From Squalus acanthias (taxonomy: Eukaryota), in the NCBI GenBank assembly GCA_030390025.1, contig CM059432.1, positions 112,532,001-112,596,000 on the forward strand: 64,000 nucleotides of DNA. The letters are read 5' to 3'. Made by a program: the position numbers and the translations under genes. Shown in pieces: positions 35,201 through 48,270 of the stretch (position 1 is its first letter; every line of letters begins with the position of its first letter). The notes beneath the pieces are model-generated. The model was given only the letters and a program-made list of their open reading frames with translations. It made no database searches and was not told the origin of the DNA.

Positions 35201-36951
35201 GGGCTGAATTTTGCCGGCGCTCAGAGTGCGTGTTTGGAGGTGGGTCCGCAGTCAAAATCGAAATGATTGACAGCGGGTTGGGAGTCTGCTCCGATTACGC
35301 CTCCATGTAAGTTTCCAGAGTGTTGGGTCTGCGAATTCAGAACAGACCCGATACCAAGTGGCGGGGGAGGCATTTAAGATAGTTAAATGCTTGTTAACTA
35401 CTATTTTGCCAGCCTATTTCTATTTTACCACTTTTTTTACGAGGTTCCCGTTGTTTGGGGTAGGTCGGGTTCTCTCTGTCTCCCGATTGCTGTGAATAGG
35501 TGACAGCTGCAAAAGTGGTATGAAAGCTACCATTTTACAACTGGTCACTTTCCAATGTCAGAAGCTTGTGCCTTCAGGACTTGGAAGACACTTTTGAGCT
35601 GTATATAGTTTGGAAGTGTTTGGAGTAAACTCTCTATCCACTGTCACCTCCTTGAAGCAAGCTCTCTCATCATTGACAGATCGCTTCTGTCATCTCAAAT
35701 TCAGCTGCCATCTATTCCAGCAACATCGGTGTCCTTGAAAAAATCTCACCTTGGTCCTCTGAATCCCTCCCTGATCAGCCCCAACATCACCAGGCACACT
35801 AAGAACACCAACCTTCTCCGCAGTCACCTGATGCTGCACAGGACACAGGGCATCAGCACCCGACAACATTGCTGCCCGGGAGGCCAGGGATGGCCTCACC
35901 ATGGCCATATTTACTTCACTTGACGCTGTACACCCTGGCTGCCACATGATGCGCCAGGTTGACACCACCCCACACCAACACCTAAAGCATCCCTACAATG
36001 TCCAAGCCATTCCTTTCACACTCTTCACATTTATGGGGTGGGGTGGGGGGGAAGTTATGTCTCAACATTCACTGGAACTCACTAAGACACTTCCAAAGGT
36101 AAGCACAGATCTGTCCAATAAGGCAAAGTGTTGAAAATAAAGATTTCAATGTTTGACAACACATTAACAGAAAATTTACATGAACATTACATAAGAAACC
36201 CAAGTGCCTACCCTTGTGTGTTGTTAGTTGGTATGATTGGACTAGGATGAGGATGAGTGTGAGGGGTGGCTAGTGAGATGGGAAGTGATAATGTAGATAT
36301 GAGGGATGGGTGGAGGTGCAAGGTAAGTTGGTGTGAGTAAGGATGTGCAGGAGTAGGGTAGGGAAGGCAAAGTGATGGGGATGTGATGAGTGGCACAGCA
36401 GGATGAGGTTGAGAGTGGCTTTGCAGTAACGTTTCGTGATCTACTGAGATCATTGAAAGGTTTGCGCCACTTCAGCCAGGTACTCCTGACGACATCCCAG
36501 CTTGTGCCCTCCTGTGCAATGTGCAATCAGGCTGCGTTGATCTCCTGGGGAGGACTCTTCCGCCCTTGGAAGGGAAGAGAACCTCCCTACGTGCTGTGAC
36601 TCCCTCCATAAGCATATGGAGGGAGTCATGGGAGAGCCTGGGTGCAACCGTCTAACTTTGTGCAGTGCTTGTCAGTGTTTGCAGCACCTCAATGCTGCAG
36701 AACACTGACAGCACAACTGTCAAAATGAATGTGGGCATGGCCCCTTTAAGGAAACCGGCTGATGACACGTCATCAGATGATGTCGTCAGATCCGCTTCCA
36801 TTTAATTGGCCGAGAACCCTGCAGGGCGGGTTTAACGAGCCCAATCTACGTAAAATCACTCAGAGAGAGTGGGCTGGAGCCGGGAGCAGGCTGGGACCGC
36901 GACATCGACCCTGGCCACTCCGGACCCGCCTCAGTTGGCGAAATCACGGCC
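35201..36951. mobile_element. Internally deleted Harbinger element
   Basis: TIR gggctgaattttgcc / ggcgaaatcacggcc; TSD TAA (35198-35200, 36952-36954); transposase N-terminal stub about 35720-35960; Myb exon 1 on minus. Confidence 0.88.
36440..36650 (-). pseudogene. Myb/SANT domain exon remnant
   Basis: APRLSHDSL...; IAQEGTSWDVVRSTWLKWRKPFNDLSRS resembles ...RTWLQCRKRFNDL. Confidence 0.7.
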
Positions 36952-37633
36952 TAAGTGTTGTGTCAGACATCTTTATTATAGGCCCTTGTGCTGCTACGTG
37001 ATCTTACTTAAGTATGCAAATTTTATTTTAACAGCCACACAGCAAATGTTGTGCTACATGGTGGAAATTTGCTCTGTATTATAGAGCATTAGGTTCACCG
37101 TTCACCCATGTTGGAAATTAATTCCATGAAATACCAAAGAATATGGCTCCATAATGCCTTTATCCTAGAGCTGGCCAAACTACAACACTGGTCCATTTAA
37201 CATATATACATTTTAACTTATTAACTGATCAAAAAATCGACAAAAAAAATGAAATCACTCAGCTATAGTTGGCCTCCAAATTGGATATGCCATTTTCTGC
37301 CTATTCCTGGTTTGGTAGGCTGGAAGCTTGCTCAGCCTCCTGCCCAGTCAAATCAGAGTATTTCTCAGCAGAAACATACTGGGGTATTCACAGATATCAA
37401 TGGTGAGTTTTCATCCTTAAAAATCATGGTGGTTTGTAATATTTTCCATTGAAACGGAATTCTGACTGTATTTATACAGGTTAAAAAAATCACACTCAGG
37501 ACTTCTCATAAAAAACATTTCTAGCCCTGATCATGGAAATACAATTGACATTTTTTTCATAAGTACAGAGTGAATCGCCATCTTGGTGATTTCATAAAAA
37601 AACAAAATTCCAAATTAGTGTTTAAAATTCAAC

Positions 37634-38362
37634 TATGTGGATTTTACCAGCCCTGAGGAGGCGGGTTTGGAGGTGGGACTGCTGGGAAAATGGGAAAAAT
37701 TGGGAGCGGGTCCCAACCCCGCTCCGAACCATCTTCCCAGGAGGCGGGACCCAGACTCGCACAGGGACCCGTCTCCTAGCAGCGGGAAGGGGATTAGGGC
37801 TGTGGGTCTGCTGCAGTGTAAGTGTGCAAATGACAGCTGCAGAGGTAGTGTGATGGGTGCAATGGTGCACAGGTAAGTATGACAGGTGAGAGAATGTAGT
37901 GAGAAATATTTTTATTCTGTTTATATGTATCTGCAGGTGACAAGATTTGATGTTTCTGTGAAGCCTCATCTGATCGGGAGAATTAACAGATGGCTTCTGC
38001 AATCTCACATGCAGCTGCCATCTGTTTTTTCCTAAGGAGAGAGTCATTGGTGAGTCTGGGAGCAAGGGCTCACCTTTGGACAGTGATTGTCAGTGTTTGA
38101 CAGCACCTCAATGCTGTCAAACACTGACAATTCATCTGTCAACAAATTATGGGGCCTGTCCCTTTTAAGAAAGCCGGCAGATGAAGTGTCATGCACTGAC
38201 GTCATCTGACACCGGCTTTCCCTTAATTGGCTGGCAAGCCCGCAAGGCGGGCTTAACAAGGCCAATCAAGGGGAAATAGCGTCTATTCGTCAGACGTCGC
38301 TGGGGGCGGGACTAGAACCCGGAAACCAGCAGTCCCGCGCCTCCTCAGGTAAGATTGCGGCC
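37634..38362. mobile_element. Harbinger MITE (about 730 bp)
   Basis: Collinear with 5493-6336 and 7079-7850; right TIR ggtaagattgcggcc; left TIR decayed (ggattttacc). Confidence 0.85.
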
Positions 38363-38709
38363 TCAGTGTCTGAGTGTCTTCTAGTTGTTGAAAGATGCTG
38401 CATTGGTTAGACTGGGCAGAGAGGACTCCGGCCGTGTTTGACTTGGTCCTACTATATACCCCAGCCTCTTCAAGAAGCAGGAATTGAATGAAGAATGACA
38501 CCCTCACAGCAGGAATCCATCAATGAGAAAATTGTTTTTAAAGTCTTATTTTTAACATAAATGCTGATTAAATTCAGTGTATAAACTCGCTCTCCCATTT
38601 TAAAGTTGGTTTTCACCTTTGCGTAAGTTGACTCTTTTTCAATATGTGTGTAATATCTGGCTTGTAATACAAAATCTTGAAAAATGTGTAAACTGTAACG
38701 ATTTGTTGT

Positions 38710-38950
38710 TTCCCCCTTTATCTCTGTCTGTGTACACCTTTGTCTCTCATTGTCATATGGTCTCTGTGACCCTCTGTGTCTTTTTGTCTCTTGCTGTCTC
38801 CTGTGTGTTTTCACTTTCTCTTTGTCTCTCTCTTCTCTGTGTATTTCTTCTCTCTTCTCTGTGTATTTCTTCTCTCTTCTCTGTGTATTTCTTCTCTCTG
38901 TCTCTTTTCTCTCAGCGCTTTATGTCATTTTTCTCTCCATCTCTTGCTTC
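38710..38950. repeat. CT-rich tract with 3 x 22-bp unit tctctcttctctgtgtatttct
   Basis: Direct inspection. Confidence 0.8.
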
Positions 38951-39197
38951 TTGACTGCGGGTGCTCTCTCTAGCTTAAAGCAAGTGTTGGGCAGATGCAT
39001 GTCAGCAAGTTTCAACACTCCAGAGACCTTGGTGGGCACCTTGTCCTATTCATTCATTCATTCCCAAAGGATCTTGATGACCAATACAGGATACTTTTAC
39101 CAAACTAAATACACATGAAAATCTACTTAAGTTTTGCATTTAACAGTAAGGAAGATGATTTTGTTGTTTAAATATAGGGCAATGTTATAGTTGGGGG

Positions 39198-40445
39198 AAC
39201 ATAGGAACAAGAGTAGACCATTTAGCCCATCGGGCCTGTTCCACCAATTATGGTTGATCTGTATCTCAACTCCATTTACCTGCTTTGAGTCTAAAACCCT
39301 TACCTAACAAATATCTATCAATCTCAGTTATTAATTTTTCAATTGCCCTTGCCTCAACAGCTTTTTGAGGGAGATAGTTCCAGATTTCCACTCCCCTTTG
39401 TGTGAAGTAGTGCTTCCTGACATCACCTCTGAACGACCTAGCTCTACATTTAATGTTATGCCCCCTTGTTCTAGACTCCCCCGCCAGAGAAAATAATTTC
39501 TCTCTATCTACCCTATCGAATCCTTTAATCATCTTAAAACACCTCAGTTAGATCGAACCTTAATCTCCTGTACTCAAGGGAATACAAGCCTAGTCTGTGC
39601 AACCTGTCATCATAATTTAACCCTTTTAGCCCCGGAATCATTCTGGTGAATCTGCGCTGCACCTTCTCCAAGGCCAACGTATCCTTCCTGAGGTGCGGTG
39701 CCCAGAACTGAATGCCGTATTCTAGAAAGGGTCTAACCAGATCTTTATACGACTTTAGCATAACTTCCACCCCTTTATAGATTAGCCCCCTTGAAACAGA
39801 GGCTAACAATCCATTAGCCATTTAAATGATTTTTTTGTACCTGTCCACTAGCTTTTAGTGATTTCTGTACTAAATCTCTCTGCTCCTCTACAGTTCCCAG
39901 CTTCTCACCATTTAGAAAACACACTGATCTATCTTTCTTAGGTCCAAAGTGGATAACCTCACACTTGCCCACATTGAACTCCATCTGCCACAGTTTTGCC
40001 AACTCACTTAGTCCAAAAATGTCCCTTTGCAACTTTCAGCTCCCATCTACAGTACTTACTGTGCCACTTAACTTAGTGTCGTCAGCAAACTTAGATATGC
40101 AGCTCTCTATTCCTTCATCTAAGTCTTTGATAAATATAGTGAAAAGTCGAGGCCCCAGTACAGATCCCTGGGGGGCACCACTAGTCGCATCCTGCCAATT
40201 TGAGTACGGACCCATTATCCCTACTCTCTGTCTCCTACCTCCTAACCAATTCCCCACCCATGTCAATAGGTTGCCTCCAATTCCATGCACTTTCATTTTT
40301 GCTTACAGTTGCTTGTGTGGAACCTTATCGAATGCCTTCTGGAAGTCTATATAAATATCATCCATAGACAATCCCTTATTTCCCACATTAGTAACCTCCT
40401 CAGAAAAAATCAACCTGGTTAGTTAGACATGACTTACCCTACTCT
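39198..40445 (-). mobile_element. CR1 LINE, 5'-truncated
   Basis: ORFs 40036-40296, 39814-40032, 39534-39821 and 39266-39532 are RT and C-terminal fragments. Confidence 0.93.
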
Positions 40446-41426
40446 CTGCTCCTATTTCCTAACCAATTGTGATAAGGTTAATTATTTGGAATACCAAGCC
40501 CAACCACATAGTGGTGTATGCTAACCCTTCCATTGTTCCAGTTGTGTCTACTTACTACAAGTATTATTCAAGAATTTGTAGAGTCGATACCTGTTTGTAC
40601 TGGATCATTAGCTGGAAGATTTGATTCAAATTAATTCAGATTAGTTGAAGTCACCATATAAAGCTATTTACAAATTCTTAAACTGGAACAATAATTTTTA
40701 CTTTACATTGAAAACCTTACACTCCCATCAAAATAGGCACTCCAGCATCATACTCTTATTAATACAGATGCTCCAACCTCACATTGCTGCAAACAAAAAC
40801 AGCCCACATTGCACTGCTGTAAATTCACTGTAATGCTGAAACTCCAGTCCTGGTCTATAATATAATCTGATTCCCTTGCTGCCAATCCTGCCTCATTGGA
40901 TTCAGCAACAGTGAGTAACTGCACGTGTGCCTGACCAGCAGCTCTGAAGTTGCAAATGCAATCTTAAAGCAATCACACAGATCTTACAGGTGCACGATTA
41001 GCACATGGTCGTATGTGTGACGTTGACAATCTAGCCAGGATCTTCTCTACATTCCCAGGAAGATTAGTACAAGCCACCAATGTGAATACTGCATTGCTGC
41101 ACTGTACAGGTAGGCGGAAAGGTCAGCCTGACCCAAAATGGTAGACATGACTAACTGCTGCAGTATCCACTGTTTATATTTGCCACTGAAGCAGCTCAGC
41201 AGTTGAACACATCTGGCAAAATTCCATCTAAAAGGGAATATTGGTGCCTCCAATAACAGTGGAGCTGCTTTGTATACTTTGCAAGGTTGCAAGTGCACTG
41301 TCAAAGAAAGCCCCGTAAAGTAAATAAAGGAGTAGCTGATCTTTTTGATATATATTAATCATCTGGACTTGGATATACAGGGCATCATTTCAAAATTTCG
41401 CAGATGACGCAAAACTTGTAAATGTA

Positions 41427-42597
41427 GGCCGCGATTTTGTCAGCGGTGTCGGGATGGGTGCGGGACAGATGGTTTCCGGCTTCCAGTCCCGCCCCCAGCT
41501 GCCTCCGCTCCACAGACGTGATTTTACCTTGATTGACCTTGTTAAGCCCGCCCTGCGGGCTTGCCAGCCAATTAACAGGAAGCGGGTCTGATGACATAAT
41601 TTGATGACGCGTCATCAGCCGGTTTCCTTAAAGGGACTACGCAAATTTTATTTTGAAAAGTTTAATTTCTCAGTGTTTGACAGCATTGAGGTGCTGAAAA
41701 CACTGACAATCACTGCACAAAGGTGAACACTTGTACCCAGGCTCTCCAATGACTCCCTCCATTTGCTGGAATAGATGGCAGATGCAGGTGAGGTGACAGA
41801 AGTGATCTGTCACTGGTGAGAGAGGTTCTCCCAATGAGGTGGCACTGGACATATAGAAACATAGAAACTAGGAGCAGGAGTAGGCCATTCGGCCCGTCGA
41901 GCCTGCTCCACCATTCAATACGATCATGGCTGATCATCCAAATCCAGTACCCTGTCCCTGCTATCTCACACAGAATCCCCATCGAGCCTGCACCGACACA
42001 TATCCCACCCTATCCCCGTATTTAATTCCCCCTAACATATCCCATCCTATCCCCGTAACCCCACATATTTAATCCCCCCCTAACACTAAGGGTCAATTTA
42101 TCATAGCCAAATCAACCTAACCCGCACATTTTTGGACATAGTTGGATTTAAAAACTGGTAAGCTAAAGAAATCTGTAAATGTTTAAAAAATGCAGTAACC
42201 AACATTTTCTTTGCTCTGAAACTCACCATGTGCAACATTGGATTCTTCACACCACTTCTGCAGCTGTCATCATCCCACAAACATTACAGCAGACTCACAA
42301 CACGCCACACTTACCTGGCGTGGTGTCCGGGCATCGGGAAACCCGACCCAGAAGCGGGAAAATCCAAAAACAGGCTGAAAACTACTGACAAGTACCTGTT
42401 AATAGGCAGGTAATTGCCTTTAATCCGCTTCCCGCCGCTAGGTGTTGGGTCCATTCGCAAATCGGGGACCCGACACTTGGGAAAGCTGTTTGGAGGTGGG
42501 TTGACGGCAGGATCGGAAGCCGCCGTCAATCAAATCGACTTTAACCTCTGACCCGCACCTCCAAACCTGCCCTCTGAGTGCTGGCAAAATCATGGCC
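41427..42597. mobile_element. Harbinger MITE, opposite orientation to the others
   Basis: TIR ggccgcgattttgtcagc / gctggcaaaatcatggcc; TSD GTA (41424-41426, 42598-42600). Confidence 0.92.
41854..42132 (-). mobile_element. Chimeric retro-insertion: HE1-like SINE pieces fused to a CR1 3' UTR
   Basis: 41854-41967 is a CR1 3' UTR; 41968-42137 is rearranged HE1 3' half; tggacata flanks both sides (41846-41853, 42133-42140). Confidence 0.75.
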
Positions 42598-42678
42598 GTA
42601 GTAAACAGTGAGGAGGATAGTATCAGACTTCAGGAGGACTTAGACAGACTGGTGAAATGGGCAGACACATGGCAGATG

Positions 42679-44576
42679 TCTAGAGACATGCAGGGTAGGA
42701 TAAAGAAAAAAAGGGAGGCGTGTGACAGATACCGAGGGCTAAATACTCCAGAATCTTTAGAGGAGTACAGAAAATGCAGGGGTGCAATTAAAAATGATAT
42801 TAGGAAAGCAAAGAGAGAGCATGAAAAATTCTTGGCAAGTAAAATCTGTGTGTGGAGGCGGGAGACGTCGGTAGGGTTCTTCATGAATATTTTGCGTCTG
42901 TTTTCACAAAGGAGAGGGGCGAAGCAGACATTGCTATCGGGGGGGAGGTGTGTGAAATATTAGATGAAATAAACATAGTGAGAGAGGAAGTATTAAGGGC
43001 TTTAGCAGCTTTAAAAGTGGATAAATCCCCAGGACCGGATGAAATGTATCCCAGGCTGTTAAGCGAAGCAAAAGAGGAAATAGCAGAGGCCCTGACCATC
43101 ATTTTTCAATCCTCTCTGGCTTCAGGAGTGGTGCCGGAGGACTGCTAATGTGGTACCCTTGTTTAAAAAGGGAGAAAAGGATAGACCGAGTAATTACAGA
43201 CCAGTCAGCCTAACCTCGGTGGTGGGAAAATTATTGGAAAGAATTCTGAAGGACAGAATAAATCTTCATTTAGAAAGACACAGATTAATCAGCACGGATT
43301 TGTTCAGGGAAGGTCGTGTCTGACAAACTTGATTACATTTTTTGAGGAGGTAACAAGGAGGGTAGATGAGGGTAGTGCGTTTGATGTAGTGTATATGGAC
43401 TTTAGCAAGGCTTTTGATAAGGTTCCACATGGCAGACTGGTCACGAAGTTAAAAGCCCATGGGATCCAGGGTAAAGTGTCAAGTTGGATTCAAAACTGGC
43501 TCGGAGACAGGAAGCAGAGGGTGATGGTTGATGGGTGTTTTTGTGACTGGAAGGCTGTTTCCAGTGGGGTTCCGCAGGGCTCAGTACTAGGTCCCTTGCT
43601 TTTTGTGGTATATATCAACGATCTTGACTTGAATATAAGGGGTATGATTAAGAAGTTTGCAGATGGTACTAAAATCAGCTGTGTGGTTGATACTGAAGAA
43701 GCTGTAGACTGCAGGAAGATATCAGTAAATTGGTCAGGTGGGCAGAACAGTGGCAAATGGAATTTAATCCGGAGAAGTGTGAGGTAATGCATTTGGGGAG
43801 GGCTAACAAGGAAAGGGAATACACATTAAATGGTAGGACACTGAGTAGTGTAGAGGAACAAAGGGACCTTGGCGTGCATGTCCACAGATCCCTGAAGGTA
43901 GCAGGCCAAGTAGATAAGGTGGTTAAGAAGGCATACGGAATGCTTGCCTTTATTAACTGTGGCATAGAATACAAGAGCAGGGGGGTTATGCTTCAACTGT
44001 ATAAAACACTAGTTAGGCCTCAGCTAGAGTACTGCGTGCAGTTCTGGCCACCACATTACAGGAAAGATGTAATTGCACTTGAGAGGGTACAGAGGAGATT
44101 TACCAAGGATGTTGATGGGAGTAGAGAATCTTAGCTATGAGGAAAGACTGGATAGGCTGGGTCTGTTTTCCTTGGAACAGAGGAGGCTGTGCGGAGACCT
44201 TATTGAGATGTATAAAATTATGAGAGGCATAGATAAAGTGGATAGAAAGGACCTATTTCCCTTAGCAGAGGGGTCAAAAACCAGGGGCACAGATTTAAAG
44301 TAATTGGTGGAAGGTTTAGAGGGGATTTGAGGGGAAATTTCTTCACCCAGAGGGTTGTGGGGGTCTGGAACTCACTGCCTGAAAGGGTGGTAGAGGCAGG
44401 AACCCTAACCACATTTAAAAAGTACTTGGATGTGCACTTGGGATGCTGTAACCTGCAGGGCTACGGACCAAGAGCTGGGAAGTGGGATTAGGCTGGATAG
44501 CTCTTTGTTGGCCGGCGCGGACACGATGGACCGAAATGGCCTCCTTCCGTGCTGTAACTTTCTATGATTCTATGAT
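42679..44576 (+). mobile_element. CR1 LINE nested in an older CR1
   Basis: ORFs 42852-43148, 43329-43787, 43730-44134 and 44073-44303; tail ttctatgattctatga; same subfamily as 61150-63414. Confidence 0.93.
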
Positions 44577-45544
44577 CTAATTTAATGCAGAGAAGTGTGA
44601 AGTGATACATTATGGTAGGAAGAATGAGGAGAGGCAATATAAACTAAATGGCACAATTATAAAGGGGGAACAGGAACAGAGAGACCTGGGGTGTATGCAC
44701 ACAAGTCTTTGAAGGTGACAGGATAAGTTGAGAAAGCTGTTAAAAAAGCATAAGTTTTCCTTGGCTTTATAAACAGAGACAGTAGAGTACAAAACCAAGG
44801 AAGTTGTGCTGAACCTTTATAAATCACTGGTAAGGCCCAGCTGGAGTATTGTGTTCAATTCTGGAATCACACTTTAGGAAGGATGTCAAGGCCTTAGAGA
44901 GGGTACAGAGGAGATTTGCTGGCATGCTTCCAGGGATGCAGGACTTCAGTTAGGCGGAGAGACTGGAGAAGTTGGGATTGTTCTCCTTCGAGCACTGAAG
45001 GTTAAGAGGAGATTTGATAGAGGTGTTCAAAGTCATGAACGGTTTTGATAGAATAAGTAAGGAGAAACTGTTTCCAGTGGCAGAATGGTCGGTACCAGAG
45101 GGCACAGATTTAAGGTAATTGGCAAAAGAACCAGAGGCACGATGAGGAGAATATTTTTTACACAGCGAGTTGTTATAATCTGGAATGCACTGCCTGACTT
45201 GGTGGTGGAAGAAGATTCAAATGTAACTTTCAAAAGGGAATTGGTAAATATTTGAAGGGGCAAAATTTGCAGGGTTATGAGGAAAGAGCTGGGGAGTGGG
45301 ACGAATTGGATAGCTCTTTCAAAGAGCCGGCACAGGCACGATGGGCCAAATAGCCTCCTTTTGTGCTGTATCATTCTATGATTCTATGAAATAGGATGTA
45401 ACACAAACAGTCCATAGACATCCAAACATCACAACACTATTAAGACACACACAATACATTTCACTGGACATCTACCAAACAGTACATTAATCTGTGATTG
45501 AAAATGTTGTATTGATATAGCGCATGTTTTGTTACATTGACCTA

Positions 45545-46455
45545 GATTATTGTAATTTTGAAATTTCTTGTGATGTAGGCAATGCTGGCAAGGCTGCATT
45601 TATTGTCTATCACTAGTTGTCCTGAGGTAGTGGGAAAAGAACATATTCTTGAAGTGTTACGTAGGAAATTCCAGGATTTTGACCCAGCAGTGATGAAGGA
45701 AGGCATATGTACGTCCAAATCAGGATGGTGTGTTACTTGGAGGGGAACTTGGTGGTGATGGTGTTCCCACACATTGCTGCTTGGTGGTAGAGGTCGCAGG
45801 GCTAGGAAGTCCTGTTGAAGTAACCTTGGCAAGTTGCTGCAGTGCACCCTGTTGATAATACATACTGCAGTGGTGATGCAGGGGGTGGATATTAATTCCA
45901 ATGGTGTAATGTGAATTAAGTGGACCTCAGGCTGCTGAATGGTGTTGGGCTACTATTCCTGCTGTACCCAACCAAACAAATAGTGAGTATTCCAATACAT
46001 TTCTAACTTGAGCCTTGTCGTTGAACCTCTGCTCTTCTGTCGTAGCCACAGTGCTGATATGACTGATCCAGTTAAGCTTCTGGCCAGTGATAACCCCATG
46101 TTGATGGAGGGGAATGCATGATGGTACTGTTGTTCAGGGTCAAGGAGAGGTGGTTGGGGGTTTTCTTGTTGAGGGTAGTCATTTGCCTGGCAGTTATGTG
46201 GGATGAATGTTACCTGCAACTTCTCAGGCCATACCATGTGGATGTTATCGCTGTCCTGCTGTAGGATGGCATGGCTGTTTCATTATTACCAGAGTTGTGA
46301 ATAGAGCTGGACACTGTGAAATCATTTGCAAACAGTCCCTCTCTTGAGTTATTATGACGGGAAGCTCATTGAGGAAGCACCTGAAGATGGCTATGCCAAG
46401 GATGCTGTCCTGAGTAGCTCCTGCGGCAATATCCTGAGGCTGCAATGATTGGTCT
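45545..46455 (-). mobile_element. Old Zenon-like LINE fragment
   Basis: Degenerate match to 11337-12390 (WEHHHHQVPLQVTHHPDL). Confidence 0.8.
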
Positions 46456-46667
46456 CCTTTAATAAAAGTTTTGCTGATTAAATTAAGCACATAACATCTC
46501 TTGCATTTTGAACGGATCAAAAAAGTAATACATGTATAATTTTTCTTGATATAAAGTGATGTACTATTACAAAAGACCACTTAGGGATGAAGGAGGGAGT
46601 CTAATGCATTTAAGGGGAAGCTAGATAAGTAGATGAGGGAGAAAGGAATAGAAGGATGTGTTGCTAT

Positions 46668-47132
46668 GTGTCAACCATGGCGCAGTTGGTAGCACTCTTG
46701 CCTCTGAGTCAGAAAGTTCAAGTCCCACTCCAGAGATTTGAGCACAAAAATCTAGGCTGACACTCCAGTGCAGTACTGAGGGAGTACTGCACTGCCGGAG
46801 TGCCCTCTTTCAGATCAGATGTTAAAAACTGAGGCCCCATCTGCTCTCTCAGGTGGATGTAAAAGATCCCATGGCACTATTCGAAGAAGAGCAGGGGAGT
46901 TATCCCCGGTGTCCTGGCCAATATTTATCCCTCAACCGACATCACAAAAACAGATTATCTTATCATTATCACATTGCTGTTTGTGGGAGCTTGCTGTGTG
47001 CAAATTGGCTACTGCATTTCCTATATTACAACAGTGACTACATTTCAAAAGTACTTAATTGGCTGTAAAGCGCTTTGAGACGTCTGGTGGTTGTGAAAGG
47101 CGCTATATAAATACAAGTCTTTCTTTTTTTTT
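46668..47132 (+). mobile_element. SacSINE1-like Deu-domain SINE, full length, inserted in a CR1 3' end (46580-47232)
   Basis: A box tggcgcagttgg, B box gttcaagtcc, body matching 9481-9935, T-rich end. Confidence 0.85.
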
Positions 47133-47239
47133 CTAGTGTGAGATGAAGTAAGGTGGGAGGAGGCTCATGTGGAGCATAAACAGACCTGTTGGGGCAAATG
47201 GCCTGTTTCTGTGCTGTAAATTCTATGTAATTATATTTA

Positions 47240-48270
47240 ATTGCGAATGATGAAGGTATGTCAGAGATATTGAATAAATATTTTGCATCAGGTTTTACAA
47301 ATGATGGTAGAAGTGACAACATAGGTGTACTTAAAGAGGATGTATAATAATTGTTAGAGGTAACTGTCGAAGTGAAAATATTAACAGAACTCAAAGTGAA
47401 TGGTAGGCAGCCTAGACTCTTGAAAGAAGTTAGAGAGGAGATAACAGAGGTTCTGACCACAGTTTTTAAATTCTCCTTAAATATGCACATTGTGTCATGA
47501 ATAAATATGAGGTGATGCATTTTAGGAGGAAAAAAAACAAGGAATGGGAGTACGCACTTAATGGAAAGGTACTGAAGGGTGTGGATGAATAGAGGGCTCA
47601 AATACATAATTCGCTAAATGTGTGAGTGCAGGCAAATAATCCCATTAAAAGCCACTAGAATTTTGGGTTTAATAAAGGGAGCAAGGCGTACAAGAGTAAA
47701 GTAGTAATGGTCCAAAACATTGGTTCGGCCAAAGTTAGACTCCTGCGTGCAGTTTTAGTCTTCTATTATAGAATGGACATTAAAGCCATTCAGTGCGTTA
47801 AGTGTAGATTCACCAGGATAATGCCAGGGATAGGAAACTATAGTTATGAGGAGAGCCTTGAGACATTGGGACTATTTCCACTGGAGCAGACAGGTTAAGA
47901 GGAGGTTTAAAGTAGGTTTTTAAAATTATGAAGCGTTTTGATAGATTGAAAGGGGAAATAATATGTCTTCTGGTTGGAGAGTCAGTGATGAAGAGTCATT
48001 AATTTAAAATGATCACTTAAAAGAATGAGGAGAGGGGTTAGGAGAGATTTCTTTACACAGGGGATTGCTGCAGCATGGAATGCTTTACCACAGGGAGTCG
48101 TTGAGGCAGAGACCATTGCATCTTTTAAGGGAAAAGTGGATAAATATTTGAAGCAGAGGAAAATACAGGGCTATGGGGAGAGAGCAGAGCAGTGAGATTA
48201 GTTTTGGACTGCTGTAGCCAAGAGCCAGCACAGACATGTTGAGCCAAATGGCCTCTTTCTGTATGTTGAA
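47240..48270 (+). mobile_element. Old CR1 with internal deletions
   Basis: Decayed ORF2 pieces (CRFTRIMPGIGNYSYEESLETLGLFPLE) and 3' UTR. Confidence 0.8.

Larger units (their letters stand above)
41335..45388 (+). mobile_element. CR1 LINE (pieces 41335-41426, 42598-42678, 44577-45388) hosting a MITE and a younger CR1
   Basis: IYINHLDLDIQGIISKFADD continues after the MITE as VNSEEDSIRLQEDLDRLVKWADTWQM and after the nested CR1 as FNAEKCEVIH; 3' tail at about 45388. Confidence 0.9.

Noticed and set aside
38470..39118. Several ORFs over 100 aa
   Set aside because: Produced by the CT-rich low-complexity tract.
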